NCBI GenBank assembly: GCA_016861265.1
Contig: BOLA01000001.1
Location: 671,118-735,117, forward strand
Source of the DNA: Patescibacteria group bacterium
Lineage (GTDB): Bacteria; Patescibacteriota; Dojkabacteria; J137
Length of the DNA stretch: 64,000 nucleotides
Direction of reading: 5' to 3'
Shown: positions 1 through 12,324 of the stretch, piece by piece
How positions within the stretch are numbered: position 1 is the stretch's first letter
Layout of the letters: each line of letters begins with the position of its first letter
Notes under the pieces: model-generated
The model's database searches: none
Seen by the model: the letters and a program-made list of their open reading frames with translations, nothing else
Told to the model about the DNA's origin: nothing
Position numbers and translations under genes: made by a program

Positions 1-1
1 G

Positions 2-673
2 GAAATTACAAACTCTGATATTGACGAGGCTGTTTCCAAGGTTGTACTTGGTCCTGCTAAAAAATCAAAGAAGAGAACTGAAAAGGAACTTAAGCTGGTT
101 GCGTACCATGAAGCAGGGCATGCCGTGGTTGCTAAGTACACTCCAAACTCAACTCCTGTAGATAGAATTTCTATTGTTTCAAGAGGTATGTCTGGTGGCG
201 TAACAATGTTCTTACCAGAAACTGATGAGTACATAATTTCTAAAGGTAAGTTAATTGCAGACATTACTGTTTCCTTAGGAGGTAGAGCAGCAGAAGAAAT
301 TGCTCTAGACGATGTGTCCACCGGAGCATCGAACGACATAGAGAAAGCAACTGCAGTAGCTAGAAGAATGGTGCAAAGATTTGGTATGAGTGATAAATTG
401 GGCTTAGTCCAATACGGAGATTTTGAAGAAAACGACTATTTAGGCTATGCGTACTCTACAAGTAAAGAATATTCCGAGAAGACTGCAGAGGAGATAGACA
501 CAGAGGTAAGAGGATTGATAGATGAAGCATATAAAAAGGCTAAGCAAATTTTAGCTGACCATCGAGATAAGTTGGATCAGGTTGCTAATATGTTGCTAGA
601 TAAAGAAGTTATGTCTAAAGATGAGTTTGAGGATTTATTTAATGAAGTAAATAAAGATGGCAGTGTATCTTGA
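2..673 (+). CDS. ftsH: ATP-dependent zinc metalloprotease FtsH, C-terminal part. The gene starts upstream of the window.
   Basis: The frame is open from base 2. The translation contains the HEAGHA zinc-binding motif and the C-terminal M41 peptidase region (LVAYHEAGHAVV...). The gene ends in a TGA stop at 671-673. Confidence 0.9.
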   Translation, partial: EITNSDIDEAVSKVVLGPAKKSKKRTEKELKLVAYHEAGHAVVAKYTPNSTPVDRISIVSRGMSGGVTMFLPETDEYIISKGKLIADITVSLGGRAAEEIALDDVSTGASNDIEKATAVARRMVQRFGMSDKLGLVQYGDFEENDYLGYAYSTSKEYSEKTAEEIDTEVRGLIDEAYKKAKQILADHRDKLDQVANMLLDKEVMSKDEFEDLFNEVNKDGSVS

Positions 674-1229
674 ACTATATAGATTAACGCTAGACTTTTT
701 ATATAAGATTTCTGGGCCAATGATAGCAATTGCTATCATTGGCTTAATTTTTAAATATAGGAAAGAATTAGCTAACTTTATATCTAAGAATATATCCAAG
801 ATTAGTGGTAAGGTTGCGGGGCAAGATTTTGAAATTGATTTCAATAAGCTGAAAGAAAGTCAAAGTGAACCCGTGAAGATTGATTCAGCGAAGAATATGT
901 CTAAAGAAAACTCGGAAGTGGAACAACTAAAGAAGCAGTTGGAATTTGAGAAGATTTATTCAATTATATTTGGTAGTCAAATAGAATTACTTAAACGATT
1001 AAGAGCTAATAAGAAAGATTTCGCTACCGAATTATTATTCTTTTATACTGTTACAAGGTCTGAATTTAATATTTATGAAAGCTGGTCCTTTGAGGAGTTT
1101 ATTCAGATTCTAGTGCAAAATAACTTGGTTAATATACATTCAAATGGAGCGGAGATAAAGATAACAGAAAAAGGCTTAGACTTTTTAAGATATATAGAAG
1201 AAAATAATTACAACGATAGACTATTTTAA
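657..1229 (+). CDS. Hypothetical membrane-anchored protein with one N-terminal TM helix. An alternative start lies at 720.
   Basis: 190-aa ORF with a hydrophobic MIAIAIIGLIF segment and a charged C-terminal domain. I recognise no family. Confidence 0.45.
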   Translation: MAVYLELYRLTLDFLYKISGPMIAIAIIGLIFKYRKELANFISKNISKISGKVAGQDFEIDFNKLKESQSEPVKIDSAKNMSKENSEVEQLKKQLEFEKIYSIIFGSQIELLKRLRANKKDFATELLFFYTVTRSEFNIYESWSFEEFIQILVQNNLVNIHSNGAEIKITEKGLDFLRYIEENNYNDRLF

Positions 1230-1230
1230 T

Positions 1231-3843
1231 ATGCAAGAAAAAAATACTTTTTTAATAATCGATTCTCATGCGCTAATACATAGGGCGTTTCACGCATTCC
1301 CTCCTGATTTAAAGAATGCAAAAGGTCAACCTACAAATGCAGTCTATGGTTTCGCGGGTCTATTGCTTGATGTTTTAACAAAGTTTCAGCCAACAAGGGT
1401 TGTTGCGGTTTTTGATTCGCATGGACCAACAGTTAGGAGTACGGAGTACACTCAGTACAAAGCTAATAGAGCAGCAACCGATGATCTACTGGTAACCCAA
1501 TTTCCAATGGTATATGAGCTAATTCAAATGTTTGATATTCCAATGGTAATACAAGATGGAATAGAGGCAGATGACTTAATAGGAACTCTCGACGATAAAT
1601 ATTCCAATGATGTAATGCAGACTGTGATAGTGACCGGAGATAGAGACTTGTTGCAGCTTGTTGACCAGGATACCTTTGTGTACTTAGCTGGGTCTAAATT
1701 TTCGGAATCTAAACTCTATAATACTAATGAGATGGTATTTGAGCGAATGGGTGTAGAGCCAAAACACGTAACAGATTTAAAAGGTTTGAGTGGTGATGCA
1801 TCGGATAATATCCCAGGGGTTGCGGGTATAGGTGCAAAGGGTGCTGCCGATTTAATCAATCAATTCGGAACAATCGAAGAAATTTACACTAAACTAGACC
1901 AAGTCCCAAAGAGATATCAGCAAAAGCTAATAGATGGCCACGAAGATGCAATGCTATCTAAAAGATTGGCTACAATTTTTAAGGATATTCCTATTAGCTT
2001 TAACTACGAGCATACCGACTTTTCAAGGGTTAATAAAACAAAGATATCGAGTTTCTTTGCGGAAATGCAGTTTAAATCTCTAGTTCCAAAGCTAGAAAGA
2101 TTCTTTAAGTTATTTGATGTATCAACGGAAAATGCTGGTGAGATAGACTTATTTTCGGAGCCGCTTCAATTAAAAGAAAGTCACGCAGATTTAAAAGCAC
2201 AGGAGTGGAGTAAAGATGTAGAGCTTTCCCAAGAAATTTATATATTACCTAATATTAAAGACTTTGATAAAAGTCCAATACACTGGCAGTTCGAGAGTAT
2301 ATGTATTCTTAGCAACGATGTTTTATATAAAGTGGTAGAAGGTAACATTAACGAATTCTGGATTCTTAATAACAACAAGGATTTTATTACCTTCGATAAA
2401 AAGGCAATGTATCATTGCTTCTTTAACTCTAAGATTGAATTCAGTAAATTAAATATAATTGACATAGGAATTACAGCGTATGTTTTAGCCGAAGGGCAAG
2501 CTAAGTATGAATTGTTAAGTCTATTCAATTGGGCACAAATCTACAGTGAAAATACCACGGAGTCAAAACTTACAGCACTAAGTAAATTAAATGCTTATAT
2601 TAAGAGTAGATCCGAGGATTTAGAGGTGAAAGAAAAATTAATTAAATTAGAAGATACTGTCTTGTTACCAACAATGTTAATGGAACAGAATGGTATCACC
2701 ACAGATATGCCTACTTTAAAAAACTTTGAAGAAATCTTAACAGAAAAGCTGAATGAGTTTAAGGCAAATATTTATTTAAGTGCAGGGCATGAATTTAATA
2801 TTGGATCCCCAAAGCAGGTATCGGAAGTTCTGTTCAAGGAAAAAGCCTTGCCTGTACATAGAAAGACAAAGGGAGGGTCTTTAAGCACGAACGAGTCGGC
2901 CCTAAAAAGTTTGTTGGGAGTAGATCCTATAATTGAAAATCTACTTGCCTACAGGGAAGTAGATAAATTATTGAGTACCTATATTCGATCCTTGCCTGAA
3001 TATGTGGATAACGATGGGCGAATTCATTCTGTGTTTGATCAATTCGGGGCAGTTAGCGGAAGATATTCGTCAAAAAATCCAAACCTCCAAAATATCCCCT
3101 TTACAGAGGTCTTCGGTGTAAATATTAGAAATGCCTTTGTTGCTTCGGAAGGTTATAAGTTTATTACATTCGACTATTCACAGCAGGAGCTAAGAGTGTT
3201 GGCTGCTTTATCAAAAGAAGAGGTTATGGTCGATAGTTTTAATAATGGTGTTGATATTCATAAGATTACTGCTGCGGAATTATTCGAGGTTCCAATTGAG
3301 GAAGTTGACTCGAGGCAGAGGCAAGTTGGTAAAACCGTTAATTTCTCGGTTATCTATGGAATTTCTGCTTTCGGATTGTCCGAAAGGCTTGGTTTGAATC
3401 GAGCAACAGCCGATGCCTTCATTAAAAAATACTTTGATAAGTACTCTAAGGTTAGGGATTTTATGGCAAACACTATAAATTCTGCTAAGGAAACAGGATA
3501 CAGCGAAACTATACTCGGCAGAAGGAGGGTTAATAACATGATTAAGTCAAGTAATCGGGCACTAAAGAATGCAGCCGAAAGAGAGTTGTTTAATTTTGTA
3601 ATCCAGGGAAGTGCAGCGGATATTATGAAAAGTTCAATGGTTGCATTTCCCGATATTCTTAAAAAATATAATGCCAGAATTCTTCTGCAGATTCATGACG
3701 AGTTTTTGTTTGAATTCCCTGAGGATAGTGATAATGAGTCAGAGTTTGAGATGGAGATCTCTAATGCAATGTCGCATGCACTAGACTTGGGTGTAGAGTA
3801 TAAAGTTGAAGTAAGTAAAGGTACGGTCTGGGGGCAAATTTAA
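1231..3843 (+). CDS. polA: DNA polymerase I (5'-3' exonuclease domain plus family A polymerase domain)
   Basis: 870 aa. The N-terminal FEN-like region (LIIDSHALIHRAFHA, GVAGIGAKGA) and the C-terminal pol A motifs (DYSQQELRVLA, QIHDEF) are present. The central 3'-5' exonuclease region looks degenerate. Confidence 0.9.
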   Translation: MQEKNTFLIIDSHALIHRAFHAFPPDLKNAKGQPTNAVYGFAGLLLDVLTKFQPTRVVAVFDSHGPTVRSTEYTQYKANRAATDDLLVTQFPMVYELIQMFDIPMVIQDGIEADDLIGTLDDKYSNDVMQTVIVTGDRDLLQLVDQDTFVYLAGSKFSESKLYNTNEMVFERMGVEPKHVTDLKGLSGDASDNIPGVAGIGAKGAADLINQFGTIEEIYTKLDQVPKRYQQKLIDGHEDAMLSKRLATIFKDIPISFNYEHTDFSRVNKTKISSFFAEMQFKSLVPKLERFFKLFDVSTENAGEIDLFSEPLQLKESHADLKAQEWSKDVELSQEIYILPNIKDFDKSPIHWQFESICILSNDVLYKVVEGNINEFWILNNNKDFITFDKKAMYHCFFNSKIEFSKLNIIDIGITAYVLAEGQAKYELLSLFNWAQIYSENTTESKLTALSKLNAYIKSRSEDLEVKEKLIKLEDTVLLPTMLMEQNGITTDMPTLKNFEEILTEKLNEFKANIYLSAGHEFNIGSPKQVSEVLFKEKALPVHRKTKGGSLSTNESALKSLLGVDPIIENLLAYREVDKLLSTYIRSLPEYVDNDGRIHSVFDQFGAVSGRYSSKNPNLQNIPFTEVFGVNIRNAFVASEGYKFITFDYSQQELRVLAALSKEEVMVDSFNNGVDIHKITAAELFEVPIEEVDSRQRQVGKTVNFSVIYGISAFGLSERLGLNRATADAFIKKYFDKYSKVRDFMANTINSAKETGYSETILGRRRVNNMIKSSNRALKNAAERELFNFVIQGSAADIMKSSMVAFPDILKKYNARILLQIHDEFLFEFPEDSDNESEFEMEISNAMSHALDLGVEYKVEVSKGTVWGQI

Positions 3844-3885
3844 GTATTGTGTTGTGTTTGTCTACATATTAATATTATGTAGGTA

Positions 3886-4461
3886 ATGACCGAATTTATG
3901 AAAAACATAGTTAAAACCTTCTTTATATTAATTGCTTTTTTTTCCGTAATTGGAATTGTATTTCTAGGTATTTATTATATTAAGAAGAATACTGCCTTAT
4001 TTACAAAATTGTTTAATGAGATAGTCGATGATTCTGCAGATGGAGAACTTAGTCAATCTGAAATAGAGGAGATATCTGATAGAGCAGTGGCAATAATAAA
4101 GAATATAGGTGACGATGTTGACTCTGATTTTGCTAGCTTGAAAAGCAAGGCGGTAGATGGTGCAGATAGAATAAGAGGTAAGATAGAGGTGTTTTCGAAG
4201 CATGATTCAGGTGCTAAGGTAAAAAAATATAGTAATTCCCCAGTTAGAAGAAAAAAGACGACAAGTGGCAGTTTGAACTCTCGACAAGAAGATATTCTGG
4301 ATTTTGTTAGATCAAATTCTAATGCAAAAATGTCTGATGTAAGTAAATTGTTCGCTCAGGTTACTCCAAGAACGCTAAGGCGAGACCTGGAAAAGCTAGA
4401 GCAGTTGGGGTTCTTAAAGCAAGAGGGTAAGACCCGCGACGCAGTTTATAAAATTATATAA
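3886..4461 (+). CDS. Membrane-anchored protein with a C-terminal DeoR-type winged-helix HTH
   Basis: There is an N-terminal TM helix (FFILIAFFSVIGIVFLGIYYI) and an acidic linker. The C-terminus (SRQEDILDFVRSNSNAKMSDVSKLFAQVTPRTLRRDLEKLEQLGFL) resembles the DeoR N-terminal HTH. Confidence 0.5.
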   Translation: MTEFMKNIVKTFFILIAFFSVIGIVFLGIYYIKKNTALFTKLFNEIVDDSADGELSQSEIEEISDRAVAIIKNIGDDVDSDFASLKSKAVDGADRIRGKIEVFSKHDSGAKVKKYSNSPVRRKKTTSGSLNSRQEDILDFVRSNSNAKMSDVSKLFAQVTPRTLRRDLEKLEQLGFLKQEGKTRDAVYKII

Positions 4462-4478
4462 ATTTACTTCAAAAACAC

Positions 4479-4507
4479 TTGCAAATGTAGTTTTGAAAGT
4501 GTACAAT
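4479..4507 (+). promoter_or_regulatory. Sigma70-like promoter of the rRNA operon (TTGCAA, 17-nt spacer, TACAAT)
   Basis: TTGCAA sits at 4479-4484 and TACAAT at 4502-4507, with a 17-nt spacer, about 300 nt upstream of the 16S start. Confidence 0.5.
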
Positions 4508-4807
4508 CTCAATACAAATTTAATCGGTACTAATCTTAATACAAGCGATTAAGAAGGCTGATTACCTCAAAGGTTTTCTTTATAAATTTAAAAATCTTAA
4601 GCAAAGATTAATTTTCTTTGCTCTTTGTATTTTTGGAGGTTGCACTTTGAATACTTAAAAGTGACAAGGTTTCTTTAATATTTCTTTGTAGTCAAGATCT
4701 AAACAATCATTTTTGATTTTATCCTAACTTTCGCAAGAAAGAAGGATTTCATAAATCCAATGTTTAAGTAATTAAACGGAGGTCTCTTCAATCGTCAAAG
4801 AAGAGTT

Positions 4808-6319
4808 TTTATGGAGAGTTTGATCCTGGCTCAGGGTTAACGCTAGCGATGTGCCTAAGGTATGCAAGTCGAACGGTGAAATTTTGGTAGCAATACTGAA
4901 ATTTCGCAGTGGCAAACGGCTGAGTAACGCGTGGGAATCTCCCCCTAAGTCTGATATAGCTCACCGAAAGGTGGGGTAATCTCAGATAGTCTCGCGAGAG
5001 TAAAGATTTTTCGCTTAGGGATGAGCCCGCGTCCTATCAGGTTGTTGGTGAGGTAATGGCTCACCAAGCCTATGACGGGTAGCTGGTCTGAGAGGATGGC
5101 CAGCCAGACTGGGACTGCGATACGGCCCAGACTCCTACGGGAGGCAGCAACTAGGAATTATGCACAATGGCCGAAAGGCTGATGCTGCGACATCGCGTGG
5201 AGGATGAAGGTCTTAGGATCGTAAACTCCTTTTATCTACGAACAAGTTCTGAGTGTAGTAGATGAATAAGTGCCTGCCAACCACGTGCCAGAAGCATCGG
5301 TAATACGTGGGACACAAGCGTTACCCGGATTCACTGGGCGTAAAGAGATGCGTAGGCGTCTAGAAAAGTTCTGTGTTAAATCTCAAGGCTCACCCTTGAA
5401 ACTGCATAGAAAACTCTCTGGATTGAGTCATGTAGAGAAGAAGGGAATTCCTGGTGGAGCGGTTAAATGCGTTGATATCAGGAGGAACACCAATGGCGAA
5501 AGCACTTCTTTGGACATGTACTGACGCTAAGGCTCGAAAGTGTGGGGAGCAAAACGGATTAGATACCCGTGTAGTCCACACCGTAAACGATCCCTATTAG
5601 ATGTTCGAATTCTTGCTGAAATTTCTCTTCGGAGAAGGATAAGCATTATTTGAGTGTCGCAGCTAACGCGTTAAATAGGGCGCCTGTGAAGTACGACCGC
5701 AAGGTTAAAACACAAAGGAATTGACGGGGACCCGCACAAGCAGTGGAGTGCCTGGTTTAATTCGATGATCAGCGAAGAACCTCACCTGGGCTTGAACTGT
5801 AGCTGCAAACCCTATGAAAATAGGGCTCTTTCGAAGGTGCTATAGAGGTGATGCATGGCTGTTGTCAGCTCGTGTCGTGAGATGTCGGGTTAAGTCCCAC
5901 AACGAGCGCAACCCCTTTCAGATGTTACAATTACTTCTGATACTGCCCCGCCCAAACGGGGAGGAAGGAGGGGATGACATCCAGTCATCATGTCCCTTAT
6001 GTCCAGGGCTACACAGACACTACAATGGCGATATACAATGGGCTGCCAAACCGCGAGGTGGAGCTAATCCCATCAAAGATCGTCTCAGTTCAGATTGCAG
6101 GCTGCAACTCGCCTGTATGAAGTTGGAATTGCTAGTAATCGGACATCAGCATGGTCCGGTGAATACGTTCTCGGGTCTTGTACACACCGCCCGTCAGGGC
6201 ATGGGAGTTGCTCATACTCGAAGTCTACGTTTATCGTGGCCGAAAGTTATGGGTGGCGACTGGGCTTAAGTCGTAACAAGGTAGCCGTAGGGGAATCTGC
6301 GGCTGGATTACCTCCTTTC
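4808..6319 (+). rRNA. rrs: 16S ribosomal RNA
   Basis: The 5' end reads GAGTTTGATCCTGGCTCAG and the 3' end reads GTCGTAACAAGGTAGCCGTAGGGGAATCTGCGGCTGGATTACCTCCTTT. The length is about 1.51 kb and internal conserved blocks are present. Confidence 0.95.
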
Positions 6320-6468
6320 TAAGGAGTTAATCAACCAACTTTAACTAAGTTAAAGATTGTTTGATTCTTACCCATGATTTTGATACTCAAGGAAATTTAG
6401 AACCTTGTCACTTTTTTGTATTCAAAGATTTTTAAAAATTACCAGTAAGTTGCTGGTATGTTGAACAC

Positions 6469-6545
6469 AGGCCAATAGCTCAGCTGGTTAGAGCGCACCT
6501 CTGATAAGGGTGAGGTCCATGGTTCGAGTCCATGTTGGCCTACCA
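6469..6545 (+). tRNA. tRNA-Ile (GAT) in the 16S-23S spacer
   Basis: Cloverleaf with anticodon loop CTGATAA. The acceptor stem is AGGCCAA/TTGGCCT and a CCA end is encoded. Confidence 0.9.
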
Positions 6546-6625
6546 TTAATCAGAATACTAAATAGTAATTAGAAATTTATTTTGCTAAAATTTATAGCTT
6601 TAAATTGCTAATATTGTTTATTGTC

Positions 6626-6703
6626 GGGGCCTTAGCATAGCTGGTTTATTGCGCCTCATTTGCAATGAGGAGGTCAAGGGTTCGAATCCCTTAGGCTCCA
6701 CCA
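6626..6703 (+). tRNA. tRNA-Ala (TGC) in the 16S-23S spacer
   Basis: The sequence reads GGGGCCTTAGC...ATTTGCAAT... with a TTCGAATCC T-loop and an encoded CCA. Confidence 0.9.
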
Positions 6704-6802
6704 TTTTTGTTGTTTAATTAAAGTCAAAAGACGTAAATTAGCCAACAAAGTTTGGTTAAAACTTTGTTCATTAAAAACTGAATAGAAAGATATAATACAG
6801 AT

Positions 6803-9867
<3,065 letters not shown>

Positions 9868-10033
9868 TCTTTCAGCTTTCAGTTGTCAGTTAAGAGTGAT
9901 CTTTCTGATTACTTGAGACTGTAGACTGGAAACTCAATTATATCTTTTCTATTCAGTTTTTTTTGAACAAAGTTCAAAATTAACAATTTAAACTACGTCG
10001 TCATTAGACAAAAGTGCTTAATAAAAGCTTTTT

Positions 10034-10153
10034 TGTCCGGTGACGGTATCGCTTTGGACCCACCTGATCCCATTCCGAACTCAGAAGTGAAACATAGTTG
10101 AGCCGAAGGTACTTACGGGATACCCTGTCGGGAGAATAGGTAGTTGCCGGTAT
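10034..10153 (+). rRNA. rrf: 5S ribosomal RNA
   Basis: CCGAACTCAGAAGTGAAAC, GGGAGAATAGGTAGTTGCCGG and the terminal helix TGTCCGG/CCGGTAT are present. Confidence 0.9.
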
Positions 10154-10155
10154 TA

Positions 10156-10190
10156 AAAAGAGCTTCAAGAAATTGGAGCTTTTTTTACGC
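10156..10190 (+). terminator. Rho-independent terminator of the rRNA operon
   Basis: The hairpin AGCTTCAAGAAATTGGAGCT is followed by TTTTTTT. Confidence 0.6.
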
Positions 10191-10199
10191 CTAGTTGAA

Positions 10200-10520
10200 T
10201 CAGTTTAATCTGCAATAAACAAAGGTTGCATAGTAAATCTCGGGAGCAAGAATCACTAAAAGAAGTATGGCTACTATGGTAGTAAAAGATAAGAATATAT
10301 TTGAATAGCTAGATTTCTTCGATTTAATAAGGTAAATATTAACAACTGTAGTAATCAAAACTATTATTGTGAGTAATAGAAGAATATAAAGATTATTCTT
10401 CATAATAGGGCCTTTTGTTTCCATGGTAGTAATACATCCCGTTCTAGGGATTGGTAGTATATATAATATCACCGTTAATATTGTCCCAATTAGGTTTATT
10501 AAAGCCAATTTCTTTTTCAT
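10200..10520 (-). CDS. Small hypothetical membrane protein (about 3 TM helices)
   Basis: 106-aa ORF rich in hydrophobic helices. I recognise no family. Confidence 0.4.
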   Translation of the reverse strand: MKKKLALINLIGTILTVILYILPIPRTGCITTMETKGPIMKNNLYILLLLTIIVLITTVVNIYLIKSKKSSYSNIFLSFTTIVAILLLVILAPEIYYATFVYCRLN

Positions 10521-10953
10521 ATTATTAAGTATACGTTTTTTTGGGGGAGTCTACCATTGACTAAATCCTCCAAATATTATATTTTCTTAAAGAATAATTT
10601 TATTCATACCACTCAAGCGTGAGTGGGTTCTGCTTTACGAACTAATAAGTAAAAGCAGTCCTTTACTTGTTAAATATGAAAGGAGGTAATCTATGCTGTG
10701 CAGGTTTTCTGCGACTATCTCAATTGAAGGCAATAGATTTTCTCCAAATCAGAATTGCTGATATTCCCTACTGTAGTCTTCAATTGTAAGGGAATAGGTA
10801 TGTTGTCATATAATAGGAGATTTAAGCCCAGCTTTAAGCTGGGCTTTTTAATTATGCCAAATAAAGCTTTTATATTAATATATAATAAGACAGGAATTTA
10901 ATAAGCAGGGTATAATAGGAGTTCGTGTCAGTATTAATCTGATAGAATATTAA

Positions 10954-11655
10954 TTGATTTTATTAATTATGCCGCAAAAACCCGATTTTCAATTTAATTT
11001 TGAACACCTATCAAAGCGAAAGCAAGAAGCAGAACTACGCTTGCAACAATTAAATCTTCACGAGGTTCCAATTCAAGATACTAAAGATGTTCCTGCATTA
11101 TTAGCTCAGCCAGACCTTTCTTCTCTAATTATTCAGACAAGATTAAGGGAAATATTAAGGTGCTACAATTACTCCGAAGATGAAATAACCACACAATTAG
11201 CCAATCCGGAGTTCGCGTTTAAAATTGCTATTAGCCTAATTACTCAAGATTACTTCCTGTATGCTTTTTTTAAAGGCAACGGAGAGGTAAATTATGACTT
11301 AATGTTCTTAGGAGATAAAAATGAATTTAACCCAGAAGACTATGTCTTTGATTTAGAAGCAAACTATTTAGACTTTAATCAGATAAACCCATTTAATAAG
11401 CCTCAGGTTGAAATTGCGGACACTTCAGGTATTCCTAAATATATAATTGGACCAGAAGGTGAGACCTCAAAAATCTACCCAACAAAGAAAATAGACGACA
11501 TTCTTCCCGGTACAATAGGTTACGACATATTAATTCTTCAAGGTAGAGTAAACATAACCTCAAATGGAGATATAAATATATATAAACCTCAAATTACGAT
11601 GATTGGCAGGCCTTTAAAAGGGGATCCAGTTAGTGTATTTGTAAAACGAAACTAA
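10954..11655 (+). CDS. Hypothetical protein
   Basis: 233-aa ORF with typical local codon usage. No recognisable motif. Confidence 0.45.
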   Translation: MILLIMPQKPDFQFNFEHLSKRKQEAELRLQQLNLHEVPIQDTKDVPALLAQPDLSSLIIQTRLREILRCYNYSEDEITTQLANPEFAFKIAISLITQDYFLYAFFKGNGEVNYDLMFLGDKNEFNPEDYVFDLEANYLDFNQINPFNKPQVEIADTSGIPKYIIGPEGETSKIYPTKKIDDILPGTIGYDILILQGRVNITSNGDINIYKPQITMIGRPLKGDPVSVFVKRN

Positions 11656-11733
11656 GCTCTACTAAAATTAAGTATCAGAATGCTATAATCACTTGCACAC
11701 AAATAAATCGGTAGGTTTATGTGAGGTGGACAA

Positions 11734-12156
11734 ATGGAAAAGGCATGGTTTAGAGACAACCCTGCATTGTTGCGTAGGGTTGTTGCAGCAATCGGTGCTT
11801 TGCCTTCTAGTATTAGCGAACCGGACTTCTATCTACAGGAGTTTCAGTCGATAACACGGGGCGAAGTGGTCGCAGTTACTATTCTCAGGGGGTATGCCTA
11901 CGCTGCGGATGAGGAGATGGTCGAAAAGGCATTCCTGATCGATCCGCACACTGGGTCCCCAAAGGGCGAGCTTGATTTCTGGCTCAAGACCGAAAGCGGT
12001 AAGGTAAGACCGGGGAGGGAAGATCCCCCGGCATATACCGTGGTCAGGGATGCAACTCGCGCTGTTTTGTTCACCGTGAGCTTCCGTTATAGGAAGGTCA
12101 CATATGCACTGTGCAAGGACAAGACCTACATTCTCAACATTGAGTGTGTGCAGTAG
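11734..12156 (+). CDS. Hypothetical protein encoded in a GC-rich island. Probably horizontally acquired, and a structured RNA is not excluded.
   Basis: 140-aa ORF preceded by a GAGGTGG Shine-Dalgarno site (11723-11729) and an extended -10 element TGCTATAAT (11681-11689). The ORF is about 55-60% GC, against about 32% in the flanks. Confidence 0.4.
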   Translation: MEKAWFRDNPALLRRVVAAIGALPSSISEPDFYLQEFQSITRGEVVAVTILRGYAYAADEEMVEKAFLIDPHTGSPKGELDFWLKTESGKVRPGREDPPAYTVVRDATRAVLFTVSFRYRKVTYALCKDKTYILNIECVQ

Positions 12157-12324
12157 GTCTTTACTCGACGTGCGATATGGGAAGGTTAACCTTCCCATAT
12201 TAGTTATTAAAGACAATACTAATAGGTGTTATGGACAAACTCGCCAGGATTAGATATAATCCTTCTTGCTTAAGGTTAGTCTTACCCATTCGGTAAAATC
12301 CAAAACTAAAAATAAGCAAAAACT

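Noticed and set aside
11734-12216. RNase P RNA, tmRNA or SRP RNA explaining the GC-rich island
   Set aside because: Neither strand shows the conserved P4 or GGUAACGCC-type RNase P blocks, a tRNA-like 3' end with a GGTTCGA T-arm and CCA, or the SRP domain IV motif. A promoter and SD in front of an ORF favour a CDS. A novel RNA is not fully excluded.
11833-12216. 127-aa minus-strand ORF in the GC-rich island
   Set aside because: It is antisense to the better-supported plus-strand ORF, which has a promoter and SD. Long antisense ORFs are expected by chance in GC-rich sequence. The translation looks non-protein-like.
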